A stretch of DNA of 64,000 nucleotides from an uncultured Gammaproteobacteria bacterium (GTDB taxonomy: Bacteria; Patescibacteriota; Microgenomatia; Levybacterales; UBA12049): positions 8,685 to 72,684 of the forward strand of contig CAYOZJ010000004.1 in assembly GCA_964408485.1 (NCBI GenBank), read 5' to 3'. The notes below the pieces were generated by a model. It had not been told where the DNA came from, did no database searches, and was given only the letters and a program-made list of their open reading frames with translations. Every line of letters begins with the position of its first letter. Positions within the stretch are counted from its first letter, which is position 1. The position numbers and the translations under genes are program-made. Shown here in pieces: positions 36,736 to 46,880 of this stretch.

Positions 36736-36991
36736 TATGAAAAAACATTTAGGATACTATGTTTCATTTCTTGTAATTTGTTTTGCTGGAATCTTTCTTG
36801 TTTTTCAGAATAATGGGGACAAAAATCTTATTATTGAATTTGTTAGTCTTTTTGCGCTGTCATATATTGTGTGGGGATTGTTGCATCATTTGGTACATCA
36901 CAGCGTGACTTTACGGATTGTGATAGAATACATTGTCGTAGCGCTTCTTGGCGTTGCAGTTATTTTCTTTATCCTTAACGGAGGAGTATAA
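36725..36991 (+). CDS. Small 3-TM membrane protein (88 aa)
   Basis: Hydrophobic profile only. Confidence 0.35.
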   Translation: MLVSMKKHLGYYVSFLVICFAGIFLVFQNNGDKNLIIEFVSLFALSYIVWGLLHHLVHHSVTLRIVIEYIVVALLGVAVIFFILNGGV

Positions 36992-36998
36992 TTACTAT

Positions 36999-37733
36999 AT
37001 GAAAGGCGTTATTTTAGCTGGTGGACTTGGAACAAGACTATATCCTTTAACCTACGTTACCAACAAACATCTTCTTCCCGTGTATGACAAGCCAATGATT
37101 TTTTATCCAATTCAGACTCTGGTAAATGCAGGAGTAAAGGAAGTCCTTATTGTTACCAGTGGTCCTCATGTTGGTCACTTTTTAAGTGTATTAAAAAACG
37201 GAAAAGAGTTAGGACTTGATCACTTGGAATATGCATATCAAGAAAAGCCAGATGGAGGAATTGCTGATGCGCTTTCTTTGGCAAGAGATTTTGCAGATGG
37301 AGATAGTGTTGCGGTTATTTTGGGAGACAATACAACAGATGCAGATATTGCACCAGCTGTAAAAGGTTTTACAGAAGGCGCAATGGTTTTCTTGAAAGAC
37401 GTACCAGATGCACATCGCTTTGGCGTTGCTGTTTTTGATGAAAAAGATCCATCTCAGGTTATTGCAATCGAAGAAAAACCTAAGCAACCGAAGAGTAGTA
37501 TGGCAGTGACAGGGGTATATCTATATGACCATCATGTTTTTGAAATGATTAAAAATCTTAAGCCATCAGACAGAGGAGAACTGGAGATTACTGATGTAAA
37601 TAATGAATATATTAGTAAAAAGCAACTCCACTGGGCAGAGCTTAAGGGTTTTTGGTCGGATGCAGGCACATTTAAAAGTCTATATAGATCAAATAGATAT
37701 TGGGCTCAAAAAATGGAAAAAGACCTCATGTAA
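36999..37733 (+). CDS. rmlA: Glucose-1-phosphate thymidylyltransferase-like sugar nucleotidyltransferase (RmlA family, short form). Start at 36999 with GGAGG SD.
   Basis: ILAGGLGTRLYPLT signature. The ORF opens at 36948, but an SD-ATG pair is at 36999. Confidence 0.8.
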   Translation: MKGVILAGGLGTRLYPLTYVTNKHLLPVYDKPMIFYPIQTLVNAGVKEVLIVTSGPHVGHFLSVLKNGKELGLDHLEYAYQEKPDGGIADALSLARDFADGDSVAVILGDNTTDADIAPAVKGFTEGAMVFLKDVPDAHRFGVAVFDEKDPSQVIAIEEKPKQPKSSMAVTGVYLYDHHVFEMIKNLKPSDRGELEITDVNNEYISKKQLHWAELKGFWSDAGTFKSLYRSNRYWAQKMEKDLM

Positions 37734-37738
37734 TTTTC

Positions 37739-38281
37739 ATGGATACGCAAAAAATACTTTCCTCACAGGTTGTTTTTAAAGCAAAATTGTTTGATGTCAA
37801 AGAAGAAGTCTTAGAAGATCACAATAAAAAAATCCACACATTCCATACCGCGTATGAAAAACCGGCAGCAGGTGTTATTCCGCTTACTCCAAAAGGTGAG
37901 GTAATTCTTATTGATCAGTATCGATATGTTTTTGGAAAAAGAATATTGGGAATGATTGCAGGATTTATAGAAGATGGAGAGACTTCTCTGCAAGCTGCCA
38001 AAAGGGAGCTTAAAGAAGAAACAGGTATTGTTGCAGGACAGTTTGAGTTATTGGCAAAAGCAGAGCTTGCGAGAAGCGTTGCGACACAAACCTATTACAT
38101 ATTTTTAGCAAAAGACCTAGAAATTGGAGAGGCTCATCCTGACAGTGATGAGGATATTCGAGTTGTCCGAATGCCGCTTGCGGATGCAGTAGCAAAAGTT
38201 ATGAATGGAGAAATCTACCATTCTCCAAGTATGACTGCTATACTAATGCTTGATAAGTTAAAAAAGGAGAAAAAAATATAG
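37739..38281 (+). CDS. NUDIX hydrolase (ADP-ribose or nucleotide-sugar pyrophosphatase-like)
   Basis: Nudix box GFIEDGETSLQAAKRELKEETGI. Confidence 0.75.
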   Translation: MDTQKILSSQVVFKAKLFDVKEEVLEDHNKKIHTFHTAYEKPAAGVIPLTPKGEVILIDQYRYVFGKRILGMIAGFIEDGETSLQAAKRELKEETGIVAGQFELLAKAELARSVATQTYYIFLAKDLEIGEAHPDSDEDIRVVRMPLADAVAKVMNGEIYHSPSMTAILMLDKLKKEKKI

Positions 38282-38350
38282 TGTCATTCTGGCTTGTCCA
38301 GAATCTAGATCCTGGATGCACTACGCTTACCAGGATGACTGTTTAAAATT

Positions 38351-39373
38351 ATGAAATTACTTGTAACAGGTGGAGCAGGGTTTATTGGCAGCAATTTTAT
38401 TTTGTATTGGATGAAAAATCATCCGGAAGACGAAGTAGTCAATTTTGATAAATTAACCTACGCTGGGAATCTAGAAAATTTAAAAGCAGTTGAACATCTT
38501 CCAAATTATTCATTTATACGGGGTGATATTTGTGATGCTATTGCCGTTGAAAATGCAATGCAAGGCATAGACTTTGTTGTCCATTTTGCTGCAGAGTCTC
38601 ATGTGGATAGAAGCATTATGAATCCTTCAGATTTTGTTGAGACAAATGTCGGAGGAACACAAGTGTTGCTGGATGCAGCTCTTAAAGCGAATATAAAACG
38701 ATTTCATCATGTATCAACAGATGAAGTATTTGGTGCGCTAGAGGTAGGTTCGTCTGATCGATTTAACGAATCAACTTCATACAATCCTCATAGTCCGTAT
38801 TCTGCAAGTAAGGCTGGATCTGATCATTTAGTGAGAGCATACGCAGATACATACGGACTTCCAATAACCATTACGAATTGCTCAAATAATTTTGGTCCAT
38901 ACCATTTCCCCGAAAAAATAATACCTCTTGCGATTACTAATGTGTTGGAAGAAAAAAAAGTACCAATCTATGGAGACGGGTTATATGTGCGGGATTGGTT
39001 GCATGTAGAGGATCATGCGCGCGCAATAGAAGCAGTACTTCTTAAGGGAAAAGAGGGGGAAACGTATTGTGTAGGAGGGCTTAAAAAGGGTGCCGCAGAA
39101 ATAAATAATTTAGAAGTTGTAAAAGAAATTTTACGCATCTTAGATAAAGATGAAAGTTATATTGAACTTGTCAAAGATAGACCAGGACATGACAGGCGGT
39201 ATGCGATTGATTGGAGTAAAATTCATACCGAATTAGGATGGGAGCCATTGCATGATTTCTCAGAATGGTTAGAGCGGACAGTCCAGTGGTACAAAAATAA
39301 TGAGTCGTGGTGGAAAAATGTAAAGAATGGAAGTTATGAAGAATACTATAAAAAGCAATATGAACAAAGGTAA
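38351..39373 (+). CDS. rmlB: dTDP-glucose 4,6-dehydratase
   Basis: TGGAGFIGSNF, YSASK catalytic motif and NCSNNFGPYHFPEKIIP. Confidence 0.9.
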   Translation: MKLLVTGGAGFIGSNFILYWMKNHPEDEVVNFDKLTYAGNLENLKAVEHLPNYSFIRGDICDAIAVENAMQGIDFVVHFAAESHVDRSIMNPSDFVETNVGGTQVLLDAALKANIKRFHHVSTDEVFGALEVGSSDRFNESTSYNPHSPYSASKAGSDHLVRAYADTYGLPITITNCSNNFGPYHFPEKIIPLAITNVLEEKKVPIYGDGLYVRDWLHVEDHARAIEAVLLKGKEGETYCVGGLKKGAAEINNLEVVKEILRILDKDESYIELVKDRPGHDRRYAIDWSKIHTELGWEPLHDFSEWLERTVQWYKNNESWWKNVKNGSYEEYYKKQYEQR

Positions 39374-39734
39374 TAATGGAAAATACTTCTTTGGAAATAT
39401 AAAAGACAACCTTAAAGAAAACGGTTGGTTTTTTGGTCACTTCATGGATAATCCGCTCCTTAATTCAAAAGATGTAGAAGTTGCATGGCAGGATATTTCC
39501 AATAAACAAATCGAAGTAAAAGATAAGCACACTCATAAAGTTGCTGTTGAAATAAATATTATTCTCTCGGGTGCAATTCATTTAACAATGGATGGAAAAG
39601 AATTTACCGTTAAAGGCGGAGAGTTTTATGTTGTCTATCCCAATGTTGTTGTTGACAAGGTTTGGGCAGAAGACAATACGGTTGATCTTTGCATAAAAGC
39701 GCCAAGTATTCCGGGAGATAAATATTATTTATGA
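39327..39734 (+). CDS. Small cupin-like protein (candidate sugar 3,5-epimerase or isomerase replacing RmlC, speculative). Start may be the ATG at 39360.
   Basis: Beta-rich sequence with H..H..E pattern (KHTHKVAVEINIILSG..H). Located between rmlB and rmlD. Confidence 0.4.
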   Translation: MEVMKNTIKSNMNKGNNGKYFFGNIKDNLKENGWFFGHFMDNPLLNSKDVEVAWQDISNKQIEVKDKHTHKVAVEINIILSGAIHLTMDGKEFTVKGGEFYVVYPNVVVDKVWAEDNTVDLCIKAPSIPGDKYYL

Positions 39735-40216
39735 TTAATTGTACTTTTGAAGATGGTGGGAAAGCCAACCCTGGACTTCGGCACGTTACAGTTGGAGTCA
39801 TTGCATATAATGACAAAAACCAAGTTTTACTCGTGAGACGTTCTGCAAAATATAGTAGACCCAATACATGGACTGTTCCCGGTGGCTTTTTAGATAGAGA
39901 CAGAACAATAAAAGAAGCTATTCTAAAGGAATTACGTGAAGAAACAGGTATGTCGGGTGAGATTCAGCAATTATTTCATGTTAATGATTATCCCGATAGA
40001 CCAAATGAAGATAGACAGAATGTGGATTTTATTTTTCTGGTAAAAGTTGATGGGGGTAGTTTTTCTCATGATGATGAAATTACAAATATACAATGGTTTG
40101 ATAAAAATACGTTGCCAAATGAAAAAGAGTTTGCTTTCGATCATCACGCAACTATTCTAAAGTTTTTTGAATACATGGGGCATCCATTCACATTGCCACT
40201 TATTGGAAAAATATGA
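39731..40216 (+). CDS. NUDIX hydrolase
   Basis: Nudix box GGFLDRDRTIKEAILKELREETGM. Confidence 0.75.
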   Translation: MINCTFEDGGKANPGLRHVTVGVIAYNDKNQVLLVRRSAKYSRPNTWTVPGGFLDRDRTIKEAILKELREETGMSGEIQQLFHVNDYPDRPNEDRQNVDFIFLVKVDGGSFSHDDEITNIQWFDKNTLPNEKEFAFDHHATILKFFEYMGHPFTLPLIGKI

Positions 40217-41085
40217 AGATTATTGGAACAGGACTTTCAGGACTTGTTGGTTCGAGAATTGTTGAGCTGTTAAGTCCAGAATTTGAATTTGAAGATATTT
40301 CTCGCAAAACAGGAACAGATATTACAGACAAAGAAGCTGTATTAACGCGTCTGCAAAAATCAGATGCAAAATTTGTTGTGCATATGGCAGCATATACACA
40401 AGTTGATGAAGCAGAGAAAGATAAAGATCTCAAAGAAAATAGTGCTGCATGGAAAATAAATGTTGCTGGGACTAGGAATGTTGTGGAGGCTGCGGAAAAG
40501 ACGGGTAAACATATTGTGTATGTCTCAACTGACATGGTTTTCCCAGGTACTAAAAATCGACCAGAAAGATATAGCGAAGAAGACGAGACAAATCCTGTTG
40601 GATGGTATGCAATAACAAAAGCTGAGGCAGAAAAAGTAGTTGAGCAATCTTCAGTTCCCTGGACCATTCTTCGTATTGCGTACCCTTACCGTGCAAATTT
40701 TGAAAAAAAGGAATATGTACGGATTTTTAAATGGCTTCTTGAAGAAAAACGGGAAATAAAAGCAGTTGCAGATCATTTCTTTACACCAACATTTATCGAT
40801 GACCTGAGCCAAGTTTTCTCACTGATTTTTAAGCAAAATCTTACCGGAATCTATCACGCGGGAGGGCATACTAGTATTAGTCCGTATGAGGCAGCACTTG
40901 CTGTTGCAAAGGAATTTGGTCTTGATGCATCTCTTGTTAGTAAAACAACGAGAGAGGAGTATTTTGCAGGAAAAGCACCAAGAGCCTTTAATTTAGCGCT
41001 TAATAGTGATAAAATAGAGTCCTTAGGAGTCAAAATGCGTGGATTTGAAGAAGGGTTAAGAGAAATCAAAAAGCAGATTGGCTAA
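40213..41085 (+). CDS. rmlD: dTDP-4-dehydrorhamnose reductase-like (RmlD family SDR)
   Basis: N-terminal GTGLSGLVGSRI, YVSTDMVFPG and YAITK catalytic motif. Confidence 0.7.
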   Translation: MKIIGTGLSGLVGSRIVELLSPEFEFEDISRKTGTDITDKEAVLTRLQKSDAKFVVHMAAYTQVDEAEKDKDLKENSAAWKINVAGTRNVVEAAEKTGKHIVYVSTDMVFPGTKNRPERYSEEDETNPVGWYAITKAEAEKVVEQSSVPWTILRIAYPYRANFEKKEYVRIFKWLLEEKREIKAVADHFFTPTFIDDLSQVFSLIFKQNLTGIYHAGGHTSISPYEAALAVAKEFGLDASLVSKTTREEYFAGKAPRAFNLALNSDKIESLGVKMRGFEEGLREIKKQIG

Positions 41086-41161
41086 GAATAATTTCTCAGT
41101 TGTCAGTTCTCAATTTTCATTGAATTGAATAATGATCATTGAATCATTTATTGAAAACTGG

Positions 41162-41200
41162 AAATCGCCGCTTCGGCGAAGCTAGTACCCTTGGGGTAGT
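41162..41200 (+). repeat. Family B short repeat (AATCGCCGCTTCGGCGAAGCTAGTACCCTTGGGGTAG), 18 nt upstream of the ugd ATG
   Basis: Matches 15727-15770 and the core of 8992-9068. Confidence 0.5.
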
Positions 41201-41217
41201 AAATTGAAAACATCATT

Positions 41218-42528
41218 ATGACTATAACATTTCTTGGACATGGTTATGTAGGGTTAGTAACAGCAGCAGTTTTTGCCGATCTTGGCAATAAAGTGTGGGT
41301 TATTGGTCACACAAAAGAAAAAATTGAAAACCTTAAAAATGGTATTCTCCCAATCTATGAACCAGGACTTGAAGAATTGGTTGTTCGTAACGTAAAAGCA
41401 GGACGTCTCTTATTTACTCTTGATTACAAACCAGCAATTCCAGAATCAGACGTTGTCTTTATTGCGGTAGGTACACCACCGAAGCCAACAGGAGAAGCAG
41501 ATTTATCTGTTGTTTTTGAGGTTGCAGAAAAAATTGGTCAAAATTTAGATGGATATACAGTTGTTATAACAAAAAGCACTGTGCCAGTTGGGACAAATAA
41601 AAAGGTTGGGGAGATTTTGGCAAAAGTAAAACCTGCTAAGGCTGAATTTGATATTGCATCCTGTCCGGAATTTTTGCGGGAAGGTCAGGCAATTGGAGAC
41701 ACCCAGCATCCCGATAGAGTTGTTATTGGAGCAGATAGTAAGCGAGCAGAAGAGAAATTAGTTGAGCTCCATAAGCCAATTTTAGAGGGAAATGGAAAAT
41801 CAAAATTAGTTTTAACAAATATTTCTACAGCAGAAATGATTAAGTATGCATCGAATGCATTTTTAGCAACAAAGATTAGTTTTGCTAATGCAATTGCCCA
41901 ACTCTCTGAAAAAGTCGGTGCAGATGGTCCAGACGTCCTTACGGCAATTGGGCTTGATAAACGAATTGGAACATACTTCTTAAATGCAGGAGCAGGATAT
42001 GGTGGAAGCTGCTTTCCAAAAGATGTAAAAGCACTTATTGCAATAGCCGGAGAAAATGGATATGACTTTAAGCTCTTAAAAGATGTTGAGGAAGTAAATA
42101 AAGAAGCAATGCATGCTGTTGCAAAAAAAGTTAAAAAACTTCTTGGAGATGTAAAAGGAAAGCGAGTCGGCGTATTGGGTCTTACCTTTAAGCCGGATAC
42201 CGATGACATGCGCGATGCGCCAAGCAGGACAGTCTTGCCGGAGCTCTTAAAAGATGGGGCAAGTGTGGTCGCATTTGATCCTATTGCAACGAATGCAAAT
42301 AAGAAATTTCCAGAATTAGCAGGACTGGAAATGGCAAAAGATGCATACGATGTTGCAAAAAACGCGGATATTTTAGTTGTTATGACAGAATGGAACGAAT
42401 TTAAGCAAATGGATGTTGAGAAAATAAAATCGCTCATGAAATCCCCAGTAGTTGTTGATGGACGAAATATGTTTGACGCAAAGCAAATGCGTTCTCTTGG
42501 ATTTACCTATGTTGGTGTTGGAAGATAA
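41218..42528 (+). CDS. ugd: UDP-glucose 6-dehydrogenase
   Basis: GHGYVGL NAD-binding, catalytic GGSCFPKD and the C-terminal UDP-binding domain. Confidence 0.9.
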   Translation: MTITFLGHGYVGLVTAAVFADLGNKVWVIGHTKEKIENLKNGILPIYEPGLEELVVRNVKAGRLLFTLDYKPAIPESDVVFIAVGTPPKPTGEADLSVVFEVAEKIGQNLDGYTVVITKSTVPVGTNKKVGEILAKVKPAKAEFDIASCPEFLREGQAIGDTQHPDRVVIGADSKRAEEKLVELHKPILEGNGKSKLVLTNISTAEMIKYASNAFLATKISFANAIAQLSEKVGADGPDVLTAIGLDKRIGTYFLNAGAGYGGSCFPKDVKALIAIAGENGYDFKLLKDVEEVNKEAMHAVAKKVKKLLGDVKGKRVGVLGLTFKPDTDDMRDAPSRTVLPELLKDGASVVAFDPIATNANKKFPELAGLEMAKDAYDVAKNADILVVMTEWNEFKQMDVEKIKSLMKSPVVVDGRNMFDAKQMRSLGFTYVGVGR

Positions 42529-42780
42529 TTACTTTTTAGCATTTGCAAGCCAAGTCCGATAATCTCTTTCCGCATCCATTGCTCTTCGTACCTCATAATC
42601 TGCTCTTAATTGAGATCCTCCTCTTCTGACTAACGTTTGTATCGCACTTGCATGCTTATGACTCATCCGCGCCTCATCATTTCTTGAAACATATGCCATA
42701 ATGCTAAGAGCATAAATCTTTAAAGTAAAAGATGCAATAGTTTATTGTTCAATTTTCTCAAACCTGCTAGAATCGAAGTA

Positions 42781-43737
42781 ATGAAAAAAGTTCTCATAAC
42801 TGGCGCATCGGGATTTGTTGGAACCCATTTAGCACAACATCTTCTTAGCATAGGTGGAGCAGAAATTCATGGAACCTATTTGACCGATGAGAGTATGCAG
42901 CGCTCTTTGGTAAAAGATCAAATAACCTTCCATAAGGTAAATCTTCAAGATAAAAATCAAACAGACCAACTTATTAAAGACGTCATGCCTGACGAGGTGT
43001 ATCATTTGGCAGCGAATGCGCTGGTTACAGTGAGTTTTTCAGATCCATTGGGGACATTTCATAATAATGTTGATCCACAAGTTAACTTATTTGAAAGTTT
43101 GCGAGCTAATAATCTCTTGCAGACAAAGATTTTGATTACGTGTTCTTCAGAAGAATATGGATTTATTGATCCGAAAGATTTGCCAATGAATGAGAATACA
43201 TCTCTTCGTCCAGCAAATCCGTACGCTGTATCAAAAGTAGCACAGGATTTTTTTGGACTTCAATATTTTATTGCCTACAAAATGCCAATTATTCGAGTAC
43301 GATCGTTTACTCATGTAGGGCCAGGACAAGCACCTGGGTTTGTTGTTGCTGATTTTGCCAAACAAATAGCAGAAATAGAAAATGGTAAAAAAGAACCATT
43401 GATAAAAGTTGGGAATATGGAGACAAAAAGAGATTTTACCGATGTCCGTGATATGGTGCGCTTATACTATTTACTCATGGAAAAAGGAGTTGCAGGTGAC
43501 GTATATAATGCAGGATCTGGTGTATCACACGTTATTAGTAGTGTCATGGACCAGCTCATTCACTTGTCCAATACTTCAATAACACTTGAGAAAGATCCAT
43601 CTAAATTCAGGCCGGCAGATGTACCAGAAATCCGTGCAGATATTTCAAAAACGCAAGAAATTACCGGATGGAAGCCGGAAATTCCTTTTGAGAAAACTCT
43701 AAAAGATACTCTAGACTATTGGCGAAAAATTGTTTAG
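42781..43737 (+). CDS. rmd: GDP-4-keto-6-deoxy-D-mannose reductase-like (Rmd) SDR epimerase/dehydratase family
   Basis: ITGASGFVGTHL and PYAVSKVAQD...RVRSFTHVGPGQ resemble Rmd. The adjacent gmd supports GDP-D-rhamnose synthesis. Confidence 0.65.
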   Translation: MKKVLITGASGFVGTHLAQHLLSIGGAEIHGTYLTDESMQRSLVKDQITFHKVNLQDKNQTDQLIKDVMPDEVYHLAANALVTVSFSDPLGTFHNNVDPQVNLFESLRANNLLQTKILITCSSEEYGFIDPKDLPMNENTSLRPANPYAVSKVAQDFFGLQYFIAYKMPIIRVRSFTHVGPGQAPGFVVADFAKQIAEIENGKKEPLIKVGNMETKRDFTDVRDMVRLYYLLMEKGVAGDVYNAGSGVSHVISSVMDQLIHLSNTSITLEKDPSKFRPADVPEIRADISKTQEITGWKPEIPFEKTLKDTLDYWRKIV

Positions 43738-43754
43738 AATTTAATAATTGAATT

Positions 43755-44723
43755 ATGGCAAAACAAGCATTGATTACTGGTATTACTGGACAGGACGGAC
43801 CATATTTAGCAGAGCTTCTTCTTAAAAAAGGCTACAAGGTATACGGATTGACTCGAAGACTCAGTATCCCCAATACAGAAAATATTAAAGATCTTATTGA
43901 TAAGATAGAACTTATTTCTGGAGATTTACTTGACCAAGGGTCACTTCAAGATGCAATAGAAGAGTCCGAACCAGATGAAGTATACAATCTAGCAGCACAA
44001 TCTTTTGTTAAAGCCTCCTGGAATCAACCAGTGTTAACTGGTGAATTTACTGCACTTGGTGCAACAAGAATGCTTGAGGCAATCAGAACAGTTAATAAAA
44101 AAATAAAATTCTACCAAGCATCTTCTTCGGAAATGTTTGGAAAAGTAGTAGAAGTTCCGCAAAAAGAAACAACAAGATTTTATCCACGAAGTCCATACGG
44201 TGTTGCAAAAGCATATGCACACTACATGACAGTAAATTATCGGGAGAGTTATGACATGTTTGCCTGCTCAGGAATTCTTTTTAATCATGAGTCTCCACGA
44301 CGAGGCATAGAATTTGTTACCAGAAAAATTTCTAATGCTGTTGCAAGAATTCATTTGGGTAAACAAGAAATTCTTGAGTTGGGAGATCTTCGTCCAAAGC
44401 GGGATTGGGGATTTGCAGGTGACTATGTTGAGGCAATGTGGCTTATGCTCAATTACAAGCAGCCTGATGATTATGTTGTTGCAACGGGTGAGACACATAG
44501 TGTAGAAGAATTTGTTGAGCTCGCATTTAAGGTTGTTGGGATTACAGATTGGAAAAAATATGTTAAGGCAAATCACCCCAAACACATGAGACCAGCAGAG
44601 GTGGATCATTTGATTGGTGATCCAACCAAAGCACAAAAGGTATTAGGATGGAAAAGAAGTGTAAGTTTTCCTCAACTTGTAGAAATGATGGTAAAGGCAG
44701 ATTTGGAAAGAGAAAGTAAATAA
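43755..44723 (+). CDS. gmd: GDP-mannose 4,6-dehydratase
   Basis: ITGITGQDGPYLAELLL, SSSEMFG, YGVAKAYAHY and FNHESPRRG. Confidence 0.9.
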   Translation: MAKQALITGITGQDGPYLAELLLKKGYKVYGLTRRLSIPNTENIKDLIDKIELISGDLLDQGSLQDAIEESEPDEVYNLAAQSFVKASWNQPVLTGEFTALGATRMLEAIRTVNKKIKFYQASSSEMFGKVVEVPQKETTRFYPRSPYGVAKAYAHYMTVNYRESYDMFACSGILFNHESPRRGIEFVTRKISNAVARIHLGKQEILELGDLRPKRDWGFAGDYVEAMWLMLNYKQPDDYVVATGETHSVEEFVELAFKVVGITDWKKYVKANHPKHMRPAEVDHLIGDPTKAQKVLGWKRSVSFPQLVEMMVKADLERESK

Positions 44724-44726
44724 TGT

Positions 44727-45689
44727 ATGCAGACAGTATACGTTGCTGGGGGAGCAGGATTTATCGGCTCCAATCTCTGCAAAAGACTTCTTGATGACGG
44801 CTACGCAGTTATTTGTATAGATAATCTTGTTACCAGCTCAGAAAGTAATATTACAAAGCTAGAAAAAAATCCCAATTTTCATTTTATTAATGCTGATGTT
44901 ACGAATTTTACTGAGTCAACATTTGCAACGTTTTCAAAGCCTGATTTTATTTTTCACTTAGCATCTCCTGCCAGCCCAAATAAGAATGGGAAACGGTCTT
45001 TTATTGCGCTCCCTATCCAAACGCTTTTAGCAAATACACTCGGAACATATAAATTGCTTGAACTTGCCAAAGCTGCAAATGCACGACTTCTTTTTGCTTC
45101 AACCTCCGAAGTATATGGTGATCCAGAGGTAAGTCCACAACCTGAAACATACTGGGGGAATGTCAATCCTAATGGAGTTAGGTCTGTGTATGATGAAGGA
45201 AAGCGAGCAGGAGAAGCATTTGTCATGGGGTATGTGAGAAAATATGGTTTGGACGGGCGAATTGTGAGAATTTTTAATACATATGGTCCAAATATGCAGG
45301 AAGATGATGGTCGCGTTGTCTCTAATCTTATCTTACAAGCGCTCAAGAGCGAACCATTAACAATTTATGGCGATGGGAGTCAGACACGAAGCTTTTGTTA
45401 TATAGACGATTTGGTAGAAGGATTAGTGCGATACATGTTTGCAGACGGGCTACAGGGCGAGGTAATTAACATTGGAAATCCGGGCGAGAAATCTATTGCA
45501 GATTTTGCTACGATAATAAAAGAGATCACTGGTACCGCGTCTGAGATTGTTTATGAAGACCTACCAGAAGACGATCCAAAAAAGCGTAAACCAGATATTA
45601 CAAAGGCAAGAAAACTTTTAGACTGGGAGCCAAAAGTTGGTCTTGACGAAGGAATTAAGAGAACAATAGAGTATTTTAAAGCACGATGA
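44727..45689 (+). CDS. uxs: UDP-glucuronate decarboxylase (UDP-xylose synthase)
   Basis: YDEGKRAGEAF, RIFNTYGPNM and DGRVVSNLILQA closely match UXS family blocks. Confidence 0.85.
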   Translation: MQTVYVAGGAGFIGSNLCKRLLDDGYAVICIDNLVTSSESNITKLEKNPNFHFINADVTNFTESTFATFSKPDFIFHLASPASPNKNGKRSFIALPIQTLLANTLGTYKLLELAKAANARLLFASTSEVYGDPEVSPQPETYWGNVNPNGVRSVYDEGKRAGEAFVMGYVRKYGLDGRIVRIFNTYGPNMQEDDGRVVSNLILQALKSEPLTIYGDGSQTRSFCYIDDLVEGLVRYMFADGLQGEVINIGNPGEKSIADFATIIKEITGTASEIVYEDLPEDDPKKRKPDITKARKLLDWEPKVGLDEGIKRTIEYFKAR

Positions 45690-46810
45690 AAATAGTTGTT
45701 GTACCAGCTACCTATAACGAAAAAGAGAATATTGAAAAATTTATTCCCCTTGTGATGGATGAAGTTTTCCCCAAAATAAAGGGTCACGATATGGAGATTT
45801 TAGTTGCAGATGACGAATCTCCGGATGGTACAGGTGATGCGGTCAAGGCTCTCATGAAAAAGTATAAAAATCTGGGACTCAATTCTGGCCCAAAAAAGGG
45901 ATTAGGAGCTGCCTATATTCGTGCCATGACCTATGCAATAGAGCATCTTCATGCAGATGCGGTCATGAGTATAGATGCAGATTTACAGCACGATCCTCGT
46001 GAAATTCCTCATTTTGTAAAAAAGTTAGAAGAGGGATATGACATTGTGGTTGCAACTCGATATAGTCAGGGTGGGTCTATTCCGCAAAATTGGCCACCTC
46101 AACGAAAACTATTTTCCATAATGGGCAATATTATCGTTAGATGCATTACTGGTAGATTTGGTATTCATGATTGGACAGGTGGATTTCGTGCAGTAAAGAG
46201 CGAGGTTTTTATGAAAGAGAGAAGTAAAGTAATGCCTTTCCAAGGGTACACATTTCAGGTTGCCTTTTTGTATAAATCTGTTTTGGATGGGTACAAGATA
46301 GGGGAAGTACCAATTCACTTTATGGACAGGACGCTCGGAAGGTCTAAAATTGCACCGTTAGAATATATTATTAATCTTTTAAAATATGTTATTGGTGAAA
46401 GAATTCATGAACTTGTTACCGGATCCTTTGGAAAGTTTTTAGTTGTTGGAGGGTTGGGATTTGTGATTAATGCAGTGGTGCTTCGCCTTTTAGTAAATCT
46501 TGCTCATTGGGATCCTACATTTGCCAATTTAGGAGGTGCAGCTCTTGCTATTTTTTCTAATTATAATTTTAACAATTTGTGGACATTTAAGGAGCATAAG
46601 ATTAATGGGTTTGGGCAATATCTATGGAAAATGCTGCAATTTTACGCAACATCTGCATTCGGTGTTATTTTTATCCAGACCGGAACAATCTTTCTCCTCG
46701 ATCATCTATTTGGAACAAAATACTATTTCTACTATTTCCTTCTTGGAACTTTCTTTATTCTCATTTGGAATTATACAATTTATAATAAATTTATCTGGAA
46801 GAAAAAATAA
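45686..46810 (+). CDS. GT2 polyprenol-phosphate sugar synthase (Dpm1/Ppm1/ArnC-like) fused to a C-terminal GtrA-like 4-TM domain
   Basis: ATYNEKENI, DDESPDGTGD, DADLQHDP GT2 motifs. C-terminal hydrophobic GtrA-like region. Confidence 0.8.
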   Translation: MKIVVVPATYNEKENIEKFIPLVMDEVFPKIKGHDMEILVADDESPDGTGDAVKALMKKYKNLGLNSGPKKGLGAAYIRAMTYAIEHLHADAVMSIDADLQHDPREIPHFVKKLEEGYDIVVATRYSQGGSIPQNWPPQRKLFSIMGNIIVRCITGRFGIHDWTGGFRAVKSEVFMKERSKVMPFQGYTFQVAFLYKSVLDGYKIGEVPIHFMDRTLGRSKIAPLEYIINLLKYVIGERIHELVTGSFGKFLVVGGLGFVINAVVLRLLVNLAHWDPTFANLGGAALAIFSNYNFNNLWTFKEHKINGFGQYLWKMLQFYATSAFGVIFIQTGTIFLLDHLFGTKYYFYYFLLGTFFILIWNYTIYNKFIWKKK

Positions 46811-46880
46811 TTTCACTTTATTCTTCGAACGAAGTGAGAAGTTCTCCCTTTAGTTCTCGCCTTGCTCGAACAATAATCAT

